Shown piece after piece: positions 57,807 through 64,000 of a DNA stretch of 64,000 nucleotides; the stretch's first letter is position 1, and each line of letters opens with the position of its first letter. This stretch comes from a virus. The notes below the pieces were generated by a model, which was not told where the DNA came from, did not search any database, and saw nothing but the letters and a program-made list of their open reading frames with translations. The stretch spans positions 1 through 64,000 of IMG/VR virus record IMGVR_UViG_3300014502_000004, one strand, 5' to 3'. A program made the translations under genes and the position numbers.

Positions 57807-59210
57807 ATGGTTCTTACCAGAGCCCAGATCGAGAAGCTTGCTGAGATCATCCGTCAACATGCTACCTGGTTTGCTTGGCGGGTTTTCGGAGAGCAAGAGA
57901 TCTCAGACAAGGATTTGCAGCAGCTCAAGTCGAGCGGCAAGCTGCCAATGGATGTCCATGCCCAGTCGATCAAGTATGCCTATGTCCTGGGTAAGCTAGA
58001 GTCTGTCCTCAAGGAAGGTGAGTACAAGAATCTGAGCTGGACCCAGCTGCAGGAGGCTGCAGAGGGCAGGTACACGACGGTCGACAAGCTGGCCATTGAT
58101 GCTGCTGAGCTGTCTGCTCACACGAGGTTCAGGAACCTCATTGATGATATGAGGAATGGTCTGTACCAGAAACTGTCCCAGGCCACCAACCAGACCATTT
58201 CAGAAGCCAGCATCAAAGAGACCATCGCTGATAAGATCAGAACTGGTGTAGATCTGAGCCAAGCCTACACCAAGGTTGCTAATGAGCTGGTAGATGCTCT
58301 GCAGGAAACCAAGAGGAATTGGTCACGAGTAGCAGCCACAGAGATGCACTCAGCCCGTCAACGTGGGATTGCTGCTGCCATCATTCAGAAGGAAGACATC
58401 TACAAGTATTCTGACGGTATTGATAGCAATGTAGCTGTGGTCCATGACTACGATATGTGTGATGACTGCAGGCGTTTGTACTATGATCCTAAGACAGGTA
58501 ATCCAAAGATCTTCAAGCTGAAGGAGCTGCTTGATAACGAGGGTTCAAATTATCGTAGACCATGGCGACAGAATGCTAAACCTGTACTCCCACCAGCTCA
58601 CCCCCACTGTTATGGAAGACTTCATTATGTTCCTGCTGGATGGGGATGGGATGACCAGCATGAGTTCACTCTTCTAGATCCAGCTGAAGCCTATCCTGAA
58701 GTGGTGAAGGGCAAGATTCTAGACGTTCCCAGCTACAGGCAGAAAGAGAAGTACACCTGTGGCCCATCTGCATTTCTTGCTGTGCTTGAGTATTACAAGT
58801 TCAAGGATGTTCCTGATGAGAAGAAGCTAGCTGAAGCCCTTGGATCAACTGAAGAGGGTGGAACAAGACCAGAGGATATCGAGAAGCTGGCGAACAAGTG
58901 TGGTCTCAAGGCTTCGATTCAAGAACCAATGGAGATTGATGATCTTGAGAAGCTGACTGATGATGGTGTGCCGGTCATTGTTGCTATGCAGGCATGGCGG
59001 GACACGAAGGCTACACCTTGGGCGAGTGATTGGGATGATGGTCACTACGAAGTGGTGATCGGTGTGGACAAAGATGAGATCCATTTCGAGGACCCATCTG
59101 TGTCGAAGAAGAGAGCGTTCATCCACAGAGATGAGTTTTTGAAACGTTGGCATGATGTTGATCGAGATGGAAAGAAACGAATCCATCTTGGGATAGTGAT
59201 ACGACCATGA
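57807..59210 (+). CDS. MuF/SPP1 gp7-like head morphogenesis protein fused to C39-like cysteine peptidase
   Basis: RNWSRVAATE, C..C, PPAHPHC; then RQ...TCGP, GHYEVVIG, FEDP. Confidence 0.82.
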   Translation: MVLTRAQIEKLAEIIRQHATWFAWRVFGEQEISDKDLQQLKSSGKLPMDVHAQSIKYAYVLGKLESVLKEGEYKNLSWTQLQEAAEGRYTTVDKLAIDAAELSAHTRFRNLIDDMRNGLYQKLSQATNQTISEASIKETIADKIRTGVDLSQAYTKVANELVDALQETKRNWSRVAATEMHSARQRGIAAAIIQKEDIYKYSDGIDSNVAVVHDYDMCDDCRRLYYDPKTGNPKIFKLKELLDNEGSNYRRPWRQNAKPVLPPAHPHCYGRLHYVPAGWGWDDQHEFTLLDPAEAYPEVVKGKILDVPSYRQKEKYTCGPSAFLAVLEYYKFKDVPDEKKLAEALGSTEEGGTRPEDIEKLANKCGLKASIQEPMEIDDLEKLTDDGVPVIVAMQAWRDTKATPWASDWDDGHYEVVIGVDKDEIHFEDPSVSKKRAFIHRDEFLKRWHDVDRDGKKRIHLGIVIRP

Positions 59211-60313
59211 ATCCATTCGATGAGCTTGAGATGATCTCCAAGGGTGAGTTGATTCCTGGTGGCAAGGCTTCAGGAAAGCCAAAGCCCCAGGATGATCATG
59301 AGTCCAAGAAGACTGGTCGTGAGATTGAAATGGAGCATGTGGAAGGCGGTCCTTTGCCCAAGAAGGTGAAGGAAGCTGTAGCTGATGAGATCCACGATGA
59401 TCACGTCGAAGAACATCCTGGTTACTATGATGACAAGATTGGTCTTCCAGCCATGGAGCGCCAATTGGACAAGGTGGGGAAGTCTGATTCAGGCTCGTTC
59501 CGTGGTGGTGATCCTGAGCTGGCTCAGCAGAAGCAGCAGGAAGCCAAGGATGAGGCTGCAGATCAAGATATGGGTGGGGATGATGCTGGGGATGATGCTG
59601 GGGATGCAGCTGAGCCAGATGAGGATGCTGAGATCGCTCAGCAGGACAAAGATGATACGAAGTCTGACAAGATGGCGAGCCTGACGAAGGCTGGTGGATT
59701 CCCATCTATTCCAATGGGCAGTCAGGAAGTTTCGCCTGTCAACACGGATGAGGACTACTTTGATGACAGAGATCCCAAGCGGAACGTCAACAATTACTAT
59801 CTTCAGTTCCGTGGTCGTCAAGCCCCATTCAAAGAGCCTTGTCCGTTGGATCGCCGTGAACACCAACATGAGGTCTGGTCAGAGGCTCTGGGTTACCGAA
59901 TCCCCCTTGAGGGGAACCCCGCTATGTATCTCCGTAGGTTCAATTTAGCTGGGGACAAGGAAGGATATGAGCAGGCTTTGAAGGAGGTTTTTAAATCAGA
60001 CCAGGATGAACAAGAACCAGATCAGAATCCTGAGCAAGATTCTGAGCAGGGTGAGTCTAATGAAGAGGAGCCACCTGGCCCCAAGATGTTGCTTCAGCAT
60101 CTAAATGAATTTAGCAAAGATCAATTGATTCAGATTTCCAAGAAGATCTGGGGTGACGACTACAATTATCAGGATTGGATGGATGACGATTATATTAGAA
60201 ATGATATTGCTGGTTCACTGATGGATCTACTGGAAGGTGATGGAGATAATCCATTTGAGGATGGAATGGATCAGCAGCCTGAGGAATCGGAAAGTGCTTC
60301 CTCTGCTGATTGA
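59207..60313 (+). CDS. Acidic head-module protein with DUF5661-like N-terminus
   Basis: IPGGKA...GREIEMEH...EI.DDH..E.PGYYD..L..ME. Confidence 0.6.
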   Translation: MNPFDELEMISKGELIPGGKASGKPKPQDDHESKKTGREIEMEHVEGGPLPKKVKEAVADEIHDDHVEEHPGYYDDKIGLPAMERQLDKVGKSDSGSFRGGDPELAQQKQQEAKDEAADQDMGGDDAGDDAGDAAEPDEDAEIAQQDKDDTKSDKMASLTKAGGFPSIPMGSQEVSPVNTDEDYFDDRDPKRNVNNYYLQFRGRQAPFKEPCPLDRREHQHEVWSEALGYRIPLEGNPAMYLRRFNLAGDKEGYEQALKEVFKSDQDEQEPDQNPEQDSEQGESNEEEPPGPKMLLQHLNEFSKDQLIQISKKIWGDDYNYQDWMDDDYIRNDIAGSLMDLLEGDGDNPFEDGMDQQPEESESASSAD

Positions 60314-63300
60314 CATAACCAAGGCTCGCAAGGGTGAGCATGTTGGTGGCAAGTACATTCTTCGTTGGTGGAAGAGTGAACGCTGGAACTATAAGTATTC
60401 AGATCTACAGAATCCGAATCATGGTCCAGCCAGTACAGCTACTGAGAAGCACACCATTGATGTACATCCTCAATCACTGAGGTCCGAGCATTCCCCTGAG
60501 CAGGCGTTTCACTATGCCAGGCATCAAGCTCTGAGAGGAACAAAAGAGCACACTGCAGTTATTCTGTCCAAGAAGGGGGCTCCAAAGTACAAGGTCCTGG
60601 TTCGCCCATCCTCTGTCAGACCGATCATCATTCTGCCTCCAAACTCAAACCAAGCTCAGGATGCTATCACTACCCTTCCAAACTTTGCATCGTTGGATAA
60701 CTGGGCTCATCGGAGAAGGACAACTAGAACTGTCCGTGACGCTCAAGGGAAGCCTTGGTTTGAGTTGAGGGACCGTGGACCTACCAGGGACAATCCCAGT
60801 GGCAAGATGAGTGTCAGGTACTGCGCTAGCAGTCCTCACAATCCCTTCCCTGGTGAGCCTCCTCAGTGGGCTGCCAGCCCATTCACGAAGGAGACGGCCA
60901 AGGAGTGGATAAAGGAGCAGCGGAGGCAGCAGAGAGCCTCTGGGCAGCGTGTGAAGCCTGCCAAGAGGTTTCCTATCGATAGGGATAGGCCAGCCACTAC
61001 AGCTCTTGAGCAAGGTCGAATCACTTGGACCAGAGTTCGTAAGCCGTACTCCATTGTGTTCCATGAGAGGACTGGCAAGACCACACAGCGTCGTGGGACT
61101 AGACCCATAAGACATGCTCAGTTCAAATCTGATGAAGATCGAAAGAACTTCTATGCCAAGGTTGTGAAGGAGCATTTTGGTCAGATAGTGCTGTACGCAG
61201 AACGTCAATTGAAGATGTACAATATATTTGATGTAGAGCAAATGGCTAGACTTCTTGGCTACTACGGTGGTCCTGGTCGTTCTTCCAATATCCAGATTGA
61301 ACCAGAGTCACCTACCATGACTGCTGTTGAGAGAGCAGTCAATTCTTATGATCCTGAGAAGGGTTGGAAGTTCAATACCTATCTTGGTCATTGCCTGTGG
61401 TGGGAAAACTTCAAAGAGACAAAGAAGATACTTGGTGAATTAAAGGAACGGCAGAAGATGGTCACGACGTTGGACCACAGTGGTCACACCCATGATGTGA
61501 TCACGAATCTTCAACGCAAGGATATGCATCCTGACCATGAGGCAATTGTCAGTGTAGGGGCACACACAGGTGAGCCAGATGTGAACCTGCTGGCGAAGCA
61601 GGAGAAGCTGAAGGATTGGTCCACCAGGCAAGAGGACAAGATTGCTCGCTTCACAGCAGCAGCTGGTGATGACCACGAGAGGCAGGTAACATCCTTTCTT
61701 GCTGCCACTGATCTACATGAGATCAAATCTCCTGAGCAGGCTCAGGCATTCATTGCTCACTGGCAGTCTGATGGTGGGGACGAGTTCGTGGAGCCCTATG
61801 AGGCTGAGGAAGTATCTAGACCCAAGGTCAAGATTCCTGCCAGCGAGAAGAAGTCCTGGGTGACCATGGTGACAGAGCATCCTCTGCTTTCTTCGGCTGA
61901 GAAGGCGGCTCTACTGACCTTTGCTCCTAAAGGTGATCTTCAGAACATTCGACCGTTCACAGAGGTGTCGCTGGAGTTGGCGAAGAAGCATTCGAAAGAG
62001 TTTTCTCGTCCACCGTCTGAGCATCAATTGGTTGACATCTTTCTGAGTGCCCACCAGAAGCTGGCCGGTCTACCGGAGTTTGAGGCAATGCAAGCAAAGC
62101 TCTCTCCAGTGATGAAGGCGATCAATCTCATTCGAAAGCTTCAGCTCGACAAGATCTCCCAGGCTTCAGATATTCTTAGGAAGGCCAAGAAGGGGGAGAA
62201 GGTTCAAGGCTACAAGTATTGGAAGCGGGAGGGGGTTCCTGGTCACTACAAGTATTACTATCATGATGCAAAGGGAAACATCATTGAAGGGACTAATGCT
62301 CCGGAGGATCATAAGCATCATCAGCCGTCATTAGGTTCTCCTCAGGTGGCCAAGAACGAGCCAACTCAGAAGGAAAACCCTGAGTATTTTGATGCCAAGG
62401 GTCGGAAGATGAATCGGGCAGTTCCAGATCATGCTGAGTGGAATCCTGAGTATGACAAGGATACTCACAGCAAGAGATGGGCAGCTCGTTGGCCTAAGGA
62501 AGATGGGTCTGACTACGAGTACGGTTATCCTGATTCTGATGTTCAGGAGAACAAGGAACTCTCAATCAATACCAGCAACAAGCATCTGGATGAGCAGCTG
62601 CCAAAGGTTCGCAAGGCTTACAAGTCACTGATGGGTTCTGATGCTCTTTCAGATCGTGCTCTTGGTTTGATGGTTGCTTTGCTTGACCAGGCTTTCATGA
62701 GAGTAGGTAAAAAGGCTCATGAGCAAGCAACAGGTCATGTGGCTTTGGTTTCTCTCAAGAAGTCCAATGTCAGTGTGAAGGGTAATGTTGTTTCGTTCTC
62801 TTATATTGGTAAGCGTGGAATGGAACAGAATCAGAATGTGGTTCTTGATTCTAAAGCCATGGGGATTGTCAAAGATCTCCTGACTGCACCCGGAAAGAAG
62901 GACAAGGATTACTTCTTCTCTGTGCCAGTAAAGCGTGGTGGTAGGACCAAGTACCAGGAGATCGGCTACAACAAGCTCGTGAGAAACCTGCAGAGCCTTG
63001 GTGTTCAGGCAAAGCAGTTTCGTTCTTATCATGGCACCAGGCTCTACTCAGAGTATTTCGAGGAACTGGCTGAGAAGATCAAGGGTAAGCCAACAGGACA
63101 GATGCTGGACAAGATCTCTGAAGCCGCAGCTATGAAGGTAGCCGCAGCTCTGGGTCACTTCAAGAAGGAAGGCGAAGATCAGAAGACTCACACAGCTAAT
63201 GCCTTCAGTAGCTACATCGATCCTGTTGTGGTGAAGACTCTCTATCTCAATTCGCTGCATCCTGATTTCAACAAGTCGATTGAGGAAGTTGAGAAATCTC

Positions 63301-63734
63301 ATCCTGTCGAAGAGAAGGTTTCATATGATGGGGTGAAGATCGATATAGAGAACAAGAAGGGGAGCACCAGGAACTGGTACGATCCGAATGAGGACAAAGA
63401 GGGCAAGACCAGGATGAACTACGACTATGGGTTCATTCCTCACACGGAGGGTGTGGATGGGGATGGGGTTGATGTGTATATTGGTCCAAGCAAAGATTCG
63501 GCTCGTGTGTTTGTGATCCGCCAGATGAAGGGGCCTGACTTCAAGAAGTATGATGAAGACAAGGTGATGATGGGGTTCAGCTCACCTGAGGAAGCCAAAG
63601 CAGCCTACATGAAGCAGTATGATGACCCCAAGTTCTTTGGTGACATGAAAGAGATGACCATTCCGGAGTTGAAAGAGAAGATCAAGGATAAGAAGTACGA
63701 AGGCAAGATGCTCAAGTGCGTTAGTCTGGGGTGA
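60294..63734 (+). CDS. Polyvalent protein: sigma-70-like domain + DNA topoisomerase IB + inorganic-pyrophosphatase-like (InPase) domain
   Basis: sigma2 RAVNSYDPEKGWKFNTY; TopIB MRVG, GKRG, KQFR, LGH, SYIDP; InPase IEN.KGS.R, YGFI..T.G.DGD.VDV, DE.KVM.GF; likely GTG start 60294. Confidence 0.85.
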   Translation: MLPLLIDITKARKGEHVGGKYILRWWKSERWNYKYSDLQNPNHGPASTATEKHTIDVHPQSLRSEHSPEQAFHYARHQALRGTKEHTAVILSKKGAPKYKVLVRPSSVRPIIILPPNSNQAQDAITTLPNFASLDNWAHRRRTTRTVRDAQGKPWFELRDRGPTRDNPSGKMSVRYCASSPHNPFPGEPPQWAASPFTKETAKEWIKEQRRQQRASGQRVKPAKRFPIDRDRPATTALEQGRITWTRVRKPYSIVFHERTGKTTQRRGTRPIRHAQFKSDEDRKNFYAKVVKEHFGQIVLYAERQLKMYNIFDVEQMARLLGYYGGPGRSSNIQIEPESPTMTAVERAVNSYDPEKGWKFNTYLGHCLWWENFKETKKILGELKERQKMVTTLDHSGHTHDVITNLQRKDMHPDHEAIVSVGAHTGEPDVNLLAKQEKLKDWSTRQEDKIARFTAAAGDDHERQVTSFLAATDLHEIKSPEQAQAFIAHWQSDGGDEFVEPYEAEEVSRPKVKIPASEKKSWVTMVTEHPLLSSAEKAALLTFAPKGDLQNIRPFTEVSLELAKKHSKEFSRPPSEHQLVDIFLSAHQKLAGLPEFEAMQAKLSPVMKAINLIRKLQLDKISQASDILRKAKKGEKVQGYKYWKREGVPGHYKYYYHDAKGNIIEGTNAPEDHKHHQPSLGSPQVAKNEPTQKENPEYFDAKGRKMNRAVPDHAEWNPEYDKDTHSKRWAARWPKEDGSDYEYGYPDSDVQENKELSINTSNKHLDEQLPKVRKAYKSLMGSDALSDRALGLMVALLDQAFMRVGKKAHEQATGHVALVSLKKSNVSVKGNVVSFSYIGKRGMEQNQNVVLDSKAMGIVKDLLTAPGKKDKDYFFSVPVKRGGRTKYQEIGYNKLVRNLQSLGVQAKQFRSYHGTRLYSEYFEELAEKIKGKPTGQMLDKISEAAAMKVAAALGHFKKEGEDQKTHTANAFSSYIDPVVVKTLYLNSLHPDFNKSIEEVEKSHPVEEKVSYDGVKIDIENKKGSTRNWYDPNEDKEGKTRMNYDYGFIPHTEGVDGDGVDVYIGPSKDSARVFVIRQMKGPDFKKYDEDKVMMGFSSPEEAKAAYMKQYDDPKFFGDMKEMTIPELKEKIKDKKYEGKMLKCVSLG

Positions 63735-63737
63735 CCT

Positions 63738-64000
63738 ATGGACCTCTTCATTGATCTTATGAAGGCAGCAAGAGCCAGGGCAACTGGGGCAACTCAGCAT
63801 ACTTCTGGTGGTGATTTTGTCTGGAACGATTCTGTTGGGGCTTGGACCAGAAAAACACCACAGGGTGGTACACGCCCTCTTGAGAAGGTTAGTGATGCTA
63901 AAAAGCCAGTATCGTCACCAGAACCTTCTGAGAAGCCGCAGGGTGGTCATCAGCTAGAGCCATGTCAATTTGGTGGAGGCATGGAATGTATCAAACATGG
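63738..64000 (+). CDS. Head-module protein, truncated by window end
   Basis: MDLFIDLMKA leader resembling that of the preceding gene. Confidence 0.6.
   Translation, partial: MDLFIDLMKAARARATGATQHTSGGDFVWNDSVGAWTRKTPQGGTRPLEKVSDAKKPVSSPEPSEKPQGGHQLEPCQFGGGMECIKH

Noticed and set aside
1-64000. Minus-strand ORFs in the track (e.g. 58845-59705, 51792-52391, 17674-18288)
   Set aside because: All are antisense shadows of well-supported + strand genes, with no recognisable motifs
1-64000. Stop-codon reassignment
   Set aside because: Conserved genes are full length and end at TAA, TAG or TGA; coding density is high under the standard code

Overview
A 64-kb segment of a large tailed dsDNA phage. 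Essentially all credible genes are on the + strand, tightly packed, and use the standard code. The portal, terminase and SSB/RecA modules resemble those of SPO1/Twort-like myoviruses; the host is unknown. Layout: (i) 1-32.7 kb, replication/recombination/nucleotide genes (tandem EndoVII nuclease, primase, CobS/CobT-like AAA+vWA pair, sigma-like factor, H1-like protein, PolA, UvsY-like, gp32-like SSB, HNH, RecA, SbcD/SbcC, dNMP kinase, tRNA-Thr, ThyX, RuvC-like, NYN, intein-containing TerL, RNase H); (ii) TerS followed by a compositionally inverted region rich in CATACAA repeats and an AT-rich gap (about 33.5-37.1 kb; candidate origin or packaging/terminus); (iii) small accessory genes including a Tad1-like sponge, dNK, KTSC and a 58-aa bacterial-type HISTONE missing from the ORF track (44946-45122); (iv) from about 48.9 kb, a head module: the portal plus many proteins punctuated by a recurrent hydrophobic-x-K-[A/S] motif, a candidate prohead-protease site. 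These proteins carry enzyme domains: T3-type SAM lyase, MuF-C39 peptidase, and a sigma-factor/topoisomerase IB/pyrophosphatase-like polyprotein. The most notable hypothesis is a capsid-packaged, protease-released enzyme cargo in a phage that also encodes a histone and an H1-like protein. A three-copy phage-specific promoter motif and several structured intergenic RNAs (one with a Kt-7-like k-turn) are also visible. All homology calls come from motif recognition by eye, not from database searches.
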